A stretch of 62,638 bases of DNA from Deferribacteraceae bacterium UBA1873 (GTDB lineage: Bacteria > Chrysiogenota > Deferribacteres > Deferribacterales > Flexistipitaceae), in the NCBI GenBank assembly GCA_002338145.1, contig DDHP01000079.1:22737-85374 (forward strand), in the 5' to 3' direction. The position numbers and the translations under genes are program-made. Shown in pieces: positions 40,632 to 50,115 of the stretch. Numbering within the stretch: position 1 is the stretch's first letter; each line of letters opens with the position of its first letter. The notes under the pieces were generated by a model. That model was not told the origin of the DNA and did not search any database. It saw only the letters and a list, made by a program, of their open reading frames with translations.

Positions 40632-41349
40632 GATATCTTCATTAAGTGTATATTATGGTGCAGTTAGAGCTTTGAGTAATATCTCAATACATATAAAAAA
40701 AGGGGAATTTGTCTGTCTTATCGGCTCAAACGGTGCCGGGAAAACATCACTTTTGAATGGGCTGATGGGAATTGTGCCTGCTGATGCCGGAGAAGTTGTT
40801 TTTGATAATAATGATATATCCGGTTTGCCCACCAAAAAGAAAGTTAAGCTGGGATTGTGTCTGGTGCCTGAAGGCAGACGGGTTTTCCCAGATATGGATG
40901 TTTATGAGAATCTGGAAATGGGGGCATATCTTCAGTCTTTGAAAACCAAAAAAAGACAGTTAGAATTTGTTTTTGATTTGTTTCCTGTTCTTGAAGAAAG
41001 ATCTAAACAGCTTGCTGGCATGCTTTCCGGTGGTGAGCAGCAAATGCTGGCTATTGGAAGAGCGCTTATGAGCAATCCAAAATTATTGTTGATGGATGAA
41101 CCGTCGATGGGGCTGGCACCTATCATTGTAAAGGATGTATACAGTAAGCTAACACAATTAAAAGAAAGGGGGCTTACAATTTTCCTTGTTGAGCAAAATG
41201 CTTCCATTGCCTTAAAGTATGCAGACCGTGGATATGTTCTTGAAAACGGTAAAATTGTTCTCCAGGGAAATACCAGTCAATTGATTGATGATAATGAAAT
41301 AAAAAGAGCTTATCTTGGTAAAGAGTATAAAGAAAAGTGGGAGAGGTGA
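40624..41349 (+). CDS. livF: LIV-type ABC transporter ATP-binding protein (LivF family)
   Basis: [40 protein letters not shown] and VEQN motifs. Confidence 0.87.
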   Translation: MLRISSLSVYYGAVRALSNISIHIKKGEFVCLIGSNGAGKTSLLNGLMGIVPADAGEVVFDNNDISGLPTKKKVKLGLCLVPEGRRVFPDMDVYENLEMGAYLQSLKTKKRQLEFVFDLFPVLEERSKQLAGMLSGGEQQMLAIGRALMSNPKLLLMDEPSMGLAPIIVKDVYSKLTQLKERGLTIFLVEQNASIALKYADRGYVLENGKIVLQGNTSQLIDDNEIKRAYLGKEYKEKWER

Positions 41350-41353
41350 GTTG

Positions 41354-42655
41354 ATGATTCTTTGGCAAAAAGAGGAACAGACAATGCCTGTACAGGATTT
41401 GCAACAGCTACAGCTGGAACGACTTCAATCTACTGTTAACAGAGCTTATGAAAAGGTTGATTTTTATAAAAAACAACTGAAATCTTTAAATATAAATCCC
41501 GAAGAGTTAAAAACGCTCCGTGATATTTCAAGATTTCCTTTTACCACTAAACAGGATCTTAGAGATAATTATCCGTATGGTTTGTTTGCTGTACCCCTTA
41601 AGGATATTGTGCGGATACATTCTTCCAGTGGGACAACGGGAAAACCAACTGTAGTGGGGTATACCAAAAGAGACCTTGAAACATGGAAAAACCTTGTTGC
41701 AAGAATAATGGTTTCCGGTGGTGTTACCAAACAGGACATTGTTCATATTGCTTTTACTTACGGACTTTTTACCGGTGGTTTTGGACTGCATTACGGTGCC
41801 GAACACATCGGAGCCAGTGTTATCCCTGTTTCAAGTGGCAATACTAAAAGGCAACTGCTGATAATGCAGGATTACAGAAGTAGTGTTCTTGTTTGTACTC
41901 CATCATATGCACTACATATTGCAGAAATTATGTGTCGTGAAAACATTTCTTCTGGCGATATTCATTTAAAATTTGCCCTTTTGGGTAGTGAACCATGGGG
42001 GGAGAAAATCAGAGGAGAGGTGGAACGCCGTTTGGGTGTAATTGCCACTGACAATTACGGTCTTTCCGAAGTGATAGGTCCTGGGGTTTCAGGGGAATGT
42101 TTGGCAAAAAACGGTTTACATATAAATGAAGACCATTTTTTCCCTGAAATTATTAATCCCGATACTGGAGAAGTTCTGCCGGAAGGGGAAAAAGGAGAAC
42201 TTGTGCTAACTACACTTACCAAGGAAGCCATGCCTCTTATCAGATACAGAACGAGGGATATAACAAGACTTTACAGGGACAAATGTCCTTGTGGGTCAAC
42301 TTTTATTAAAATGGAAAAGACTTCGGGCAGAACAGACGATATGCTTATAATAAACGGTGTCAATGTCTTCCCCTCCCAAGTTGAAGAAGTACTTCAGGAA
42401 TTTGATCATGCAACGCCCCACTATATGATTTTCATCAAAAAGAAAGGGCACCTTGATTTGATGGAAATAAATGTTGAAATTTCCGAACATTTGTTTTTTG
42501 ACGAAATGAAAAAACAAAGGGAATTGCTGGAAAATCTTACCGAAAGAATGTATACAGTTTTAGGAATCAAACCCAAATTAAAACTTGTGGAGCCCAGAAC
42601 AATAGACCGGTTTGAAGGTAAAGCGAAACGGGTTGTTGACGAAAGACATGAGTAG
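41354..42655 (+). CDS. paaK: Phenylacetate--CoA ligase family protein (copy 2)
   Basis: [45 protein letters not shown] and GRTDDML motifs; clear paralog of 35059-36360. Confidence 0.88.
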   Translation: MILWQKEEQTMPVQDLQQLQLERLQSTVNRAYEKVDFYKKQLKSLNINPEELKTLRDISRFPFTTKQDLRDNYPYGLFAVPLKDIVRIHSSSGTTGKPTVVGYTKRDLETWKNLVARIMVSGGVTKQDIVHIAFTYGLFTGGFGLHYGAEHIGASVIPVSSGNTKRQLLIMQDYRSSVLVCTPSYALHIAEIMCRENISSGDIHLKFALLGSEPWGEKIRGEVERRLGVIATDNYGLSEVIGPGVSGECLAKNGLHINEDHFFPEIINPDTGEVLPEGEKGELVLTTLTKEAMPLIRYRTRDITRLYRDKCPCGSTFIKMEKTSGRTDDMLIINGVNVFPSQVEEVLQEFDHATPHYMIFIKKKGHLDLMEINVEISEHLFFDEMKKQRELLENLTERMYTVLGIKPKLKLVEPRTIDRFEGKAKRVVDERHE

Positions 42656-43238
42656 AAAAGATTCTTTGGAAGATATAGTAAATTTCTTTTTTGAAGCGGG
42701 TATTTTTGAAAAAATTCCAAGAAGCGGGGATGCTTTTCTGGGAGCTGCCCCCCAGTATTTATCTTCACACATTTTCAGAACGACAGTAATTGGCTTTTGT
42801 ATGGCAAATATGGCAGGTGCAGATGTGTCAAAAGTAACTTTTATGTGTCTTTTTCATGATATAGAAGAGTCAAGGACAGGAGACTTAAACTATTTGCACC
42901 AAAGATATGTAAACTCAGATGATGCGAAAGCTTTACATGATATTACCAAAACGTTACCTTTCGGGGATTTTTTAAATACTTTTATGAAGGAGTATGAAGA
43001 TCAAATTTCCGAAGAATCTCGTATTGCAAAAGATGCTGATACGCTGGAACTAATACTACATTTAAAAGAAGAACTTGATAAAGGAAACAGCCAGGCTGCC
43101 AACTGGCTGAAGTTTGCTGAAAAAAGGTTGAAAACTTCCCTTGGTAAAGATATCCTAAAAAAAATTGTAGATGTAAAATATTATAACTGGTGGTACAGGC
43201 TTAGTGATGAATGGGAAAACGGAAACAAAAACTGGTAA
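42648..43238 (+). CDS. HD-domain hydrolase (YfbR/HDDC2-like 5'-deoxynucleotidase family)
   Basis: [22 protein letters not shown] and KDADTLE motifs. Confidence 0.78.
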   Translation: MSRKDSLEDIVNFFFEAGIFEKIPRSGDAFLGAAPQYLSSHIFRTTVIGFCMANMAGADVSKVTFMCLFHDIEESRTGDLNYLHQRYVNSDDAKALHDITKTLPFGDFLNTFMKEYEDQISEESRIAKDADTLELILHLKEELDKGNSQAANWLKFAEKRLKTSLGKDILKKIVDVKYYNWWYRLSDEWENGNKNW

Positions 43239-43749
43239 CAGAGCAGTCCCGGGTATTATATACACTTTTATTACCTCAATTAAACTGATCTTTTTTAATG
43301 AAAGGGTGCTTATAAGAGTATTTCTGGATAAGAGGCTCACATATAATCTCATTACAATCTTTATTATTATGTTCGCTCTACCGTTTAAGACATTCTCTTC
43401 CGGGGAAATTATTTTCATGACCCCGGGGAAAATGGTGGAAAGTATCCTGATTACACTGATATTTATATCTGTTCTTTATGTGTTGATTCCCAAGAAAAAG
43501 ATGCCTTTTGTTGCATTTTTCAGGTTATTTCTTGCTTTTGAAGTTGTCGATGTTTTTGCTGTAGCAACGTTGTTTATGGAAAAAAACACTTTGATGGTAT
43601 ATACCGCAATTATTCTGGGATGGTATCTCAGTTTGGCTGTAGTAGCTGTTTCGAAACTTTGCAAACTCGAATATCCGATAAGTTTTGGTTATGTTTTTTT
43701 TGCATTTATATTTGCCAACTTTGTCCCTGTACTTTTCAGTGGGTATTAG
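43204..43749 (+). CDS. Hypothetical integral membrane protein
   Basis: 181 aa with about five hydrophobic segments; overlaps the HD gene. Confidence 0.6.
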   Translation: MMNGKTETKTGNRAVPGIIYTFITSIKLIFFNERVLIRVFLDKRLTYNLITIFIIMFALPFKTFSSGEIIFMTPGKMVESILITLIFISVLYVLIPKKKMPFVAFFRLFLAFEVVDVFAVATLFMEKNTLMVYTAIILGWYLSLAVVAVSKLCKLEYPISFGYVFFAFIFANFVPVLFSGY

Positions 43750-43920
43750 TGACGCCAGAATATTTTTTCAATGAAACGATCAAATAAACGGTTTATAAGT
43801 GCAAATATAAATGTCAATAATATGAAAGGTTTAGGTAGATACTTGCAAAAAAATACATAAGATACCTTTCCAGCTTGGTAAATATTGGAAAAATAATCTA
43901 AAAATATTACCAAAAATTTA

Positions 43921-45129
43921 TTATTTTTCATTAGGAGTATTATTTATATCTTCAATTGCTGTGTATACTTCAGCCGGTATATCTATTTTTGAAGGATTTA
44001 CAGGTCCTATAACATTTTTCTGTAGAATACTTTTTTTAGATGTATCCAGCAGATAAGGCGGGATATCTGCTCCTTTGGAATTTTTAAAAACAATCACGAC
44101 AGGTTTCAGCGGATCTTTATCAACATTGGCAATCATTGCAAGCTCATTTGAGTTTAACAGAACGACTGTACCCACAGGATAAATGCCAACGTTAGCCACA
44201 AAAAATTCAAAGACTTTTTTATTTATATGTGAATCAGCCCATTTGAACATTAACTTTAAGGCGGACGGTGGTTCCATCCTTTTGTGATAAACTCTGTTAC
44301 TTGTTATTGCATCATAAATATCAACAACAGCTCCTATTTTACCAAAAAGTGTTATCTCTTCATCTTTCAATCCTTTTGGATATCCACTTCCGTCATACCG
44401 TTCATGGTGTTCCACAACTATGCTTAGCTGATCTTTGTTGAAACCGTTTTTCAGTAGGTAATCATACCCGAGCATTACATGATCCTTCATCGTCTTAAAC
44501 TCTTCTTCGGTGAGTTTTCCGGGCTTATTCAAAATCTTGGGGGGCACCAGCATCTTGCCTACATCATGAAGCAATCCGCTTACAGCAAGTGTTTTAATGT
44601 CGTTTGCTCCCAACCCCATATGTTTTGCAAGAGAAGTAGCAAAAACACTTACGTTCATGGAATGTTGAAACGTATAGTCATCGTAACTCCTAAGTTTTGC
44701 TATACTTGCCATAACACCTTTGTTTTTTAGTGTTAAATCCACCAGCTTGTCTGCCACATGTTTTACTGCGCCGTTGTTAAACAGTTTGCCGGCTCTAACA
44801 TCTTCCATTACATTATGGACAATACTGATAGATTGTTGATAGATTTCTTTTGAGGTTTTGTAGTCATCCAAATCTATATTGAAGTCATTTGTAACTTTCT
44901 CAGCAATTTCTTCTATCTGTTCTTTTCTTTCTTCAACCGCTTCTCTGATAACAGTATTTGCTTTTTTTTCAAGATATACGTGTTTTATTCCGTTTCTTTT
45001 TAATTTATCTATGGTATTTTTGTCTTTGATTACAAATTTATGTTTAATAAAAGGTGTGTCCAGCCATTTAGCATCCAGCTTTATGACATAGTCACCGACT
45101 TTCAAATCATCTACATGAACTTTTTGCAT
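43921..45129 (-). CDS. HD-GYP cyclic-dinucleotide phosphodiesterase with DUF3391-like N-terminus
   Basis: DLKVGDYV..LD..WLDTPF N-terminus, YTFQHS, LLHDVGK, HHERYDGSGYP, DIYDA and GIYPVG motifs. Confidence 0.9.
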   Translation of the reverse strand: MQKVHVDDLKVGDYVIKLDAKWLDTPFIKHKFVIKDKNTIDKLKRNGIKHVYLEKKANTVIREAVEERKEQIEEIAEKVTNDFNIDLDDYKTSKEIYQQSISIVHNVMEDVRAGKLFNNGAVKHVADKLVDLTLKNKGVMASIAKLRSYDDYTFQHSMNVSVFATSLAKHMGLGANDIKTLAVSGLLHDVGKMLVPPKILNKPGKLTEEEFKTMKDHVMLGYDYLLKNGFNKDQLSIVVEHHERYDGSGYPKGLKDEEITLFGKIGAVVDIYDAITSNRVYHKRMEPPSALKLMFKWADSHINKKVFEFFVANVGIYPVGTVVLLNSNELAMIANVDKDPLKPVVIVFKNSKGADIPPYLLDTSKKSILQKNVIGPVNPSKIDIPAEVYTAIEDINNTPNEK

Positions 45130-45498
45130 TTATTACCCTTTTGTATTGATTTAATTCATTTTATCAGTATTGCAATGATTGTACAATATTTTTTCAGACA
45201 TTGTTTTATTGTTTTGCATGCAAAAAATATTTTTTAATTTATAATGAGTTACAAACATACTGACCATTTTTATTTTGATGATATTTATATGCAAGAGCAT
45301 TTATACAATATTTGAATACTTATAAAGTTTGTTTAGAAATATTTCGGAATAGACTGTTGATGAAGAAAAAATCAAGCTGCAAATCATATTTATTGTGACG
45401 CGTGGTTTATGATTATGTATCTCTTCTAAAAAGGAGGTAATTGTATAAATCTAATGATATTTGCTTTTATTATTGGAGGGCGCAAAAATAAATATAGA

Positions 45499-45527
45499 TT
45501 GACAGTGTAGGGACAATCTGCTAATAA
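45499..45527 (+). promoter_or_regulatory. Putative promoter for the S2P-trpS operon (possibly leaderless)
   Basis: TTGACA-N17-TAATAA with TG extension, ending 6 nt before ATG 45534; no SD before that ATG. Confidence 0.45.
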
Positions 45528-45533
45528 CCTTTC

Positions 45534-46169
45534 ATGGATTTCGACATTAATTCAATTTTGAGAGAGCTTTCTATTGCTGCAGTGCCTTTTCTTTTGGCTA
45601 TCACTGTACATGAAGCATCACATGGCTTTGCGGCATACATGCTGGGGGATGATACAGCAAAAAGAGCAGGGCGGTTAACACTTAATCCACTTAAACATAT
45701 TGATATTCTCGGCTTGCTTGTACTGTTTGTTACACGTCTTTTTGGATGGGCAAAACCTGTGCCTGTTAACTTTGCAAATCTCAATAATAAAAAATATGGA
45801 CCTGCAATAGTTTCTGCTGCAGGACCTGGTGCCAATTTTCTAATGGCCATAATTTCATCTTTTGTGTACCATATTATCATAAATATAAGTGCCAGTCCGG
45901 AAATATCAAAAAGTATTCTGACGCCACTTGTATATATGGCTCTTTATTCCATCCAAATAAACATTGCTCTGGGTATTTTCAATCTCATACCTATTCCTCC
46001 TCTTGATGGGGGGAGAATTCTTCAGGCTTTTTTGCCTTTAAATGCCGCTTACAAATTTTCAAGAATAGAGCAATATGGTTTTATTATAATAATTTTACTT
46101 TTAATGACAAATGTGGTGGGAAAAGTTATATTTCCCGTAATCAGGGTTTTTGTTACACTTTTAACCTAA
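45534..46169 (+). CDS. Site-2 protease family (peptidase M50) membrane metalloprotease
   Basis: HEASH, GRLTLNPLKHID, FGWAKPVPVN, AAGP and FNLIPIPPLDG motifs. Confidence 0.92.
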   Translation: MDFDINSILRELSIAAVPFLLAITVHEASHGFAAYMLGDDTAKRAGRLTLNPLKHIDILGLLVLFVTRLFGWAKPVPVNFANLNNKKYGPAIVSAAGPGANFLMAIISSFVYHIIINISASPEISKSILTPLVYMALYSIQINIALGIFNLIPIPPLDGGRILQAFLPLNAAYKFSRIEQYGFIIIILLLMTNVVGKVIFPVIRVFVTLLT

Positions 46170-46181
46170 TGAGGAGTTTTG

Positions 46182-47162
46182 ATGACAAAAGTACTGAGTG
46201 GAATGAGACCTACAGGTAAACTTCATATCGGGCACTATTTCGGTGCATTGGAAAATTGGGTTCAGCTGCAGGAAAAATATGAATGTTTTTATTTTATAGC
46301 TGATTGGCATGCATTGACAACAGGCTATGAAACACCCCCAGATTTCAAATTATTTCGAAGGGAAATGCTTCTGGACTGGTTGGCTGTCGGGCTTGACCCG
46401 GAGAAAAGTACACTATTTATTCAGTCTAAAAATCTTGCCCATGCAGAGCTGTTCCTTTTGCTCAATATGATAACACCTGTTGGGTGGTTAGAGCGTTGCC
46501 CTACATATAAGGAAATGAAAGAGGAATTAAGTGACAAGGATTTATCCAATATCGGTTTTCTTAGTTATCCTGTTTTGCAGACAGCTGATATTGTAGTGTA
46601 TGATGCGAAATATGTACCCGTTGGTAAAGATCAGGTACCTCACCTGGAAATAAGCCGTGAAATTGTAAGGAGATTTAATCATCTGTATGGCAGCAATGTA
46701 TTTATTGAGCCTGAGGCAATGTTAACCAAAACTTCCAAAGTACCCGGAACTGACGGTAGAAAAATGAGCAAGTCTTATAATAATACCATACTGTTGTCAG
46801 AAGATATGGCTTCTGTTGAAAAGAAAATAAGGCAAATGAAAACGGATACAAACAGAAAGAGAAAGACTGATCCAGGTGATCCGGCATTATGTCCGGTCTT
46901 TGATTATCACAAGGTTTTTTCCAGCCAAGAGGAAAAAGAGGAAATAACAAAAGGGTGTAAAAGTGCCGGAATAGGTTGTATAGATTGCAAAAAAATACTT
47001 ATCAAACATTTAGAAGAATTTCTTTCACCTATCCAGGAAAGACGAAACAACTATGATAAAGAAATAAATGATATTGAAGAGTTTCTTTCACATTCACAAA
47101 AATTTGCCGATGAGACTGCCGGAAAAAAGCTTGAAGAAGTGCGAAAAGCTATGAAAATATGA
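46182..47162 (+). CDS. trpS: Tryptophan--tRNA ligase
   Basis: SGMRPTG.LHIGHY, ADWHALT, YPVLQTADI, VPVGKDQ and KMSKS motifs. Confidence 0.97.
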   Translation: MTKVLSGMRPTGKLHIGHYFGALENWVQLQEKYECFYFIADWHALTTGYETPPDFKLFRREMLLDWLAVGLDPEKSTLFIQSKNLAHAELFLLLNMITPVGWLERCPTYKEMKEELSDKDLSNIGFLSYPVLQTADIVVYDAKYVPVGKDQVPHLEISREIVRRFNHLYGSNVFIEPEAMLTKTSKVPGTDGRKMSKSYNNTILLSEDMASVEKKIRQMKTDTNRKRKTDPGDPALCPVFDYHKVFSSQEEKEEITKGCKSAGIGCIDCKKILIKHLEEFLSPIQERRNNYDKEINDIEEFLSHSQKFADETAGKKLEEVRKAMKI

Positions 47163-47863
47163 ATGATTTGCTTGATGTAAAAACAGCTAATTTTGAAGGC
47201 CCTTTGGATTTGCTAATACATCTCATATATAAAAATGAGATGAATATTTATGATATTTCAATATCAACTATTGCTGATCAGTTTGTCGACACTTTGAGAA
47301 AAATGGAAAGTTTAGATATAGAAATTGCCGCTGAATTTATTAATATGGCATCATATCTGACCTATCTCAAATCTAAAATGCTTCTTCCGAAAACATCGAC
47401 TTTTGAAGAGGATATGGATCCGGAAGAAGAAAAATTTCTTTTTACCCAGCGTATTATTGAGTATTCTTTTTATAAAGATGTAGCTTTAACCCTTAAAGAA
47501 AAAGAATTCTTCAGCAGCAGATATTTGTCAAGAAAAGACACATTATATTTACCCAAAGAAAATCTCTTTAGTGAAGATCCCATGAAACTTGTTCCTCTGT
47601 TTTTTGACCTGATAAACAAAAAAAAGGAAAACAATGTTGTTATTGAGCATGACAATGTGGATATTGAAGATTTAATCTGCCAAATGAAGGATTTTCTATT
47701 AAAAAGAGACAGCACCTTCTGGAGTGAAATAGTAAATGTATGCAACAGCCGAAAAGAGATAGTGAGCGCTTTATTTGCAATCCTTGAGTTAGTAAGATTA
47801 AAGACGATTACAGCAGTTCAAAACGAAAACTTTGGTGAAATTCTGGTAAAAAAATATGTATAA
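47159..47863 (+). CDS. scpA: Segregation and condensation protein A (kleisin)
   Basis: FEGPLDLLIHLI, LKSKMLLP and FAILEL motifs. Confidence 0.92.
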   Translation: MNDLLDVKTANFEGPLDLLIHLIYKNEMNIYDISISTIADQFVDTLRKMESLDIEIAAEFINMASYLTYLKSKMLLPKTSTFEEDMDPEEEKFLFTQRIIEYSFYKDVALTLKEKEFFSSRYLSRKDTLYLPKENLFSEDPMKLVPLFFDLINKKKENNVVIEHDNVDIEDLICQMKDFLLKRDSTFWSEIVNVCNSRKEIVSALFAILELVRLKTITAVQNENFGEILVKKYV

Positions 47864-48377
47864 TAAGGAAAAACAGCTGTTTTTTGCAGCACTTTTTTTA
47901 TCAGGAAAACCTTTAGATCTCAGATTTTTAAGAAAGATTTTCGAGCCTATTAATATGGAAAACAGAATAGATGAATATATCGACGAATTTAATGCATTAA
48001 ACCTGGGAATTAAAATCCGAAAAGTTGCCGAAGGTTATCAGATGGTTACGGATACATCTGTTTTTGATGAGCTTAGTGATTTTTTCGGAGAGAAAACAGA
48101 AAATTTGTCTAAAGCAGCTTTGGAGACTATAGCAATAATTGCCTACAGACAACCAGTGACAAAAATTGAAGTGGAAGAAATCAGAGGGGTAAATTCTTCC
48201 GGTATTATAAGGCAACTTCTGGATAAAAATCTGATAAGGGTTATGGGACGCAAGAATGTTGTTGGACGCCCACTGCTTTATTGTACTACAAAGTATTTTT
48301 TGGAATATTTTAACTTGAAAAGTCTCTCAGAGTTGCCTACTTTCAGAGAATGGCAGGAATTAAAACAAGACAATTGA
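47856..48377 (+). CDS. scpB: Segregation and condensation protein B
   Basis: LSKAALETIAIIAYRQPVT, IRGVNS, GRPLLY.TT..FL.YF.L.SL.ELP motifs. Confidence 0.93.
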   Translation: MYNKEKQLFFAALFLSGKPLDLRFLRKIFEPINMENRIDEYIDEFNALNLGIKIRKVAEGYQMVTDTSVFDELSDFFGEKTENLSKAALETIAIIAYRQPVTKIEVEEIRGVNSSGIIRQLLDKNLIRVMGRKNVVGRPLLYCTTKYFLEYFNLKSLSELPTFREWQELKQDN

Positions 48378-49087
48378 CAAGACTTAATAAATTTTTGGCG
48401 GCAAACACTTCACTATCCAGAAGAAAAGCTGATGAAGCTGTTTTATCAGGCAGGGTTAAAATAAACGAACTTTTAGTGGATTCTCCAGCTGTGTCTGTTG
48501 ATCCTATTCACGACAAAATCTTTTTAGATGGAAAAGCTGTAAATATTGAGCAAAAATACTATATGCTTTTTTATAAACCTGTGGCTGTTCTGACTTCATA
48601 TAAGAAAGATAACAATAAAAAATGTCTGAGTGATTTTGATTTTTTAGTTAAAAGAAAACCTGCATATTCCGGGAGGCTGGACTATAACAGTGAAGGTCTT
48701 ATAATTTTAAGTAATGATGGAGATTTTTTACAAAAGCTTCAAAAACCGGCATTTAAAATACCAAAAGAATATACTGTTTTTACAGACAAGATGTTAGATT
48801 TTAAATGTATACAAAAATTGGAAAATGGAATCATAATGAATGGTATTAAGTATAAGCCGTGTAAAATTAATGTGTTGGGTGAGAAAAAATACCAAATTGT
48901 TTTATATGAAGGTAAAAACAGGCAAATAAGAAATATGATGAATTACTGCGGTACGCATGTAAAAAAGCTTATAAGAACAAAAATAGGAAATATTGGAATA
49001 GGCGACTTGGCACCAGGAAAATTTCGGTATTTAAGTAAAAATGAAATAAAGGGGTTGGTTAATGTACAAAGTAAAAGTAACAGATAG
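48350..49087 (+). CDS. rluB: S4-domain rRNA pseudouridine synthase (RluB/RsuA family)
   Basis: RLNKFLA, SRRKAD, GRLDYNSEGL (catalytic Asp) and EGKNRQIR motifs; scpB-rluB synteny. Start uncertain. Confidence 0.8.
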   Translation: MAGIKTRQLTRLNKFLAANTSLSRRKADEAVLSGRVKINELLVDSPAVSVDPIHDKIFLDGKAVNIEQKYYMLFYKPVAVLTSYKKDNNKKCLSDFDFLVKRKPAYSGRLDYNSEGLIILSNDGDFLQKLQKPAFKIPKEYTVFTDKMLDFKCIQKLENGIIMNGIKYKPCKINVLGEKKYQIVLYEGKNRQIRNMMNYCGTHVKKLIRTKIGNIGIGDLAPGKFRYLSKNEIKGLVNVQSKSNR

Positions 49088-49421
49088 TTTTTCCTCAGCA
49101 CACAATTTGCGGGAATATGAAGGAAACTGCGAAAATCTTCATGGGCACAACTGGAAAATTGAAGTTGCTTTAAAAAGTGAGTCATTGGATAATATCGGTA
49201 TGCTGGTGGATTTTAGAGTTTTAAAGAAAGAAGTAAAAAAAATTATAAAAGAACTTGATCATACATATCTGAATGAACACATATATTTTAAAAACGTAAA
49301 TCCCACCAGTGAAAATATGGCTAAATATGTTTACGATAGGCTAAAATATGTTTTTAATGATACAGTCGATTCTGTCACTGTATGGGAAAGCGAAAATTCT
49401 GCAGCTGAGTATTATGAATAA
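49062..49421 (+). CDS. queD: 6-carboxy-5,6,7,8-tetrahydropterin synthase
   Basis: FSSAHNL, CENLHGHNW, LDHTYLN, PTSEN and VWES motifs. Confidence 0.93.
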   Translation: MYKVKVTDSFSSAHNLREYEGNCENLHGHNWKIEVALKSESLDNIGMLVDFRVLKKEVKKIIKELDHTYLNEHIYFKNVNPTSENMAKYVYDRLKYVFNDTVDSVTVWESENSAAEYYE

Positions 49422-50115
49422 AGCTGGGTATGTAAAAGAAGTTTTCCTTTCGTTGCAGGGTGAGGGGAAATATGCCGGAGCCAGGCAGCTATTCGTCAGA
49501 CTTTGTGGGTGTTCAGTAGGATGTGAAAACTGTGATACTGACTACTCTTTTTCTGACTTTTTTTTATTAAATAATGAAAAGGTTCATAATCCTGTATTTC
49601 CAGAAATTCTTTGCCAAAAAATATATGAAAATTTTGATATAAAAAGTGTTCATAGTGTTGCTATAACAGGTGGGGAACCCCTCGACCAGCTTGAATTTGT
49701 AAGGCATTTTTCAGAAAATTTAAAAAATTCGGGGGTTAATGTTTTTCTGGAAACCAGTGGTTTTTATCCGGAAAAATTACAAACTATTAAAAATGTTATT
49801 GATATCTTCAGTATTGATGTTAAAATTAATAGCTCATTTGGTATAACCTTTTCTGACAATTTAAAAAATTTCTTAAGTAATATTGACAGCAATCGTAGTT
49901 ATGTTAAACTCGTAATATCTGAATGCGCAGATGAGGCTGAAATTTCTTCAGTGTTAAACTTGATTGGGAGATCTGGTATCAGGGAATTGTATCTTCAGCC
50001 TTTAAATAATTGTATAGATATCAGTAAACTGGAAAATATTATGCTAAGATTTTATAATTCCGGAATTAAAGCATTTTTTATGCCGCAGTTACATAAATTT
50101 TTGGAGATAAAATGA
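49414..50115 (+). CDS. queE: 7-carboxy-7-deazaguanine synthase (radical SAM)
   Basis: EVFLSLQGEG, FVRLCGCSVGCENCDT (CxxxCxxC), TGGEP, LETSG and PQLHK motifs. Confidence 0.9.
   Translation: MNKAGYVKEVFLSLQGEGKYAGARQLFVRLCGCSVGCENCDTDYSFSDFFLLNNEKVHNPVFPEILCQKIYENFDIKSVHSVAITGGEPLDQLEFVRHFSENLKNSGVNVFLETSGFYPEKLQTIKNVIDIFSIDVKINSSFGITFSDNLKNFLSNIDSNRSYVKLVISECADEAEISSVLNLIGRSGIRELYLQPLNNCIDISKLENIMLRFYNSGIKAFFMPQLHKFLEIK

Noticed and set aside
35059-42655. Aerobic phenylacetate catabolic (paa) operon
   Set aside because: Only the CoA ligases are present; no epoxidase or ring-opening genes are in the window.
43746-43931. 61-aa minus-strand ORF after HD-GYP
   Set aside because: Low-complexity AT-rich sequence between convergent genes with no motif; cannot be supported, though not excluded.
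45169-45190. Sigma54 promoter for the HD-GYP gene (minus strand TTGTAC-N5-TTGC)
   Set aside because: It lacks the essential GG at -24.
46100-46181. T-box before trpS
   Set aside because: Only about 10 nt separate the protease gene from trpS, and no T-box consensus (AANNNGGGTGGTACC) is seen here or in 45130-45533.
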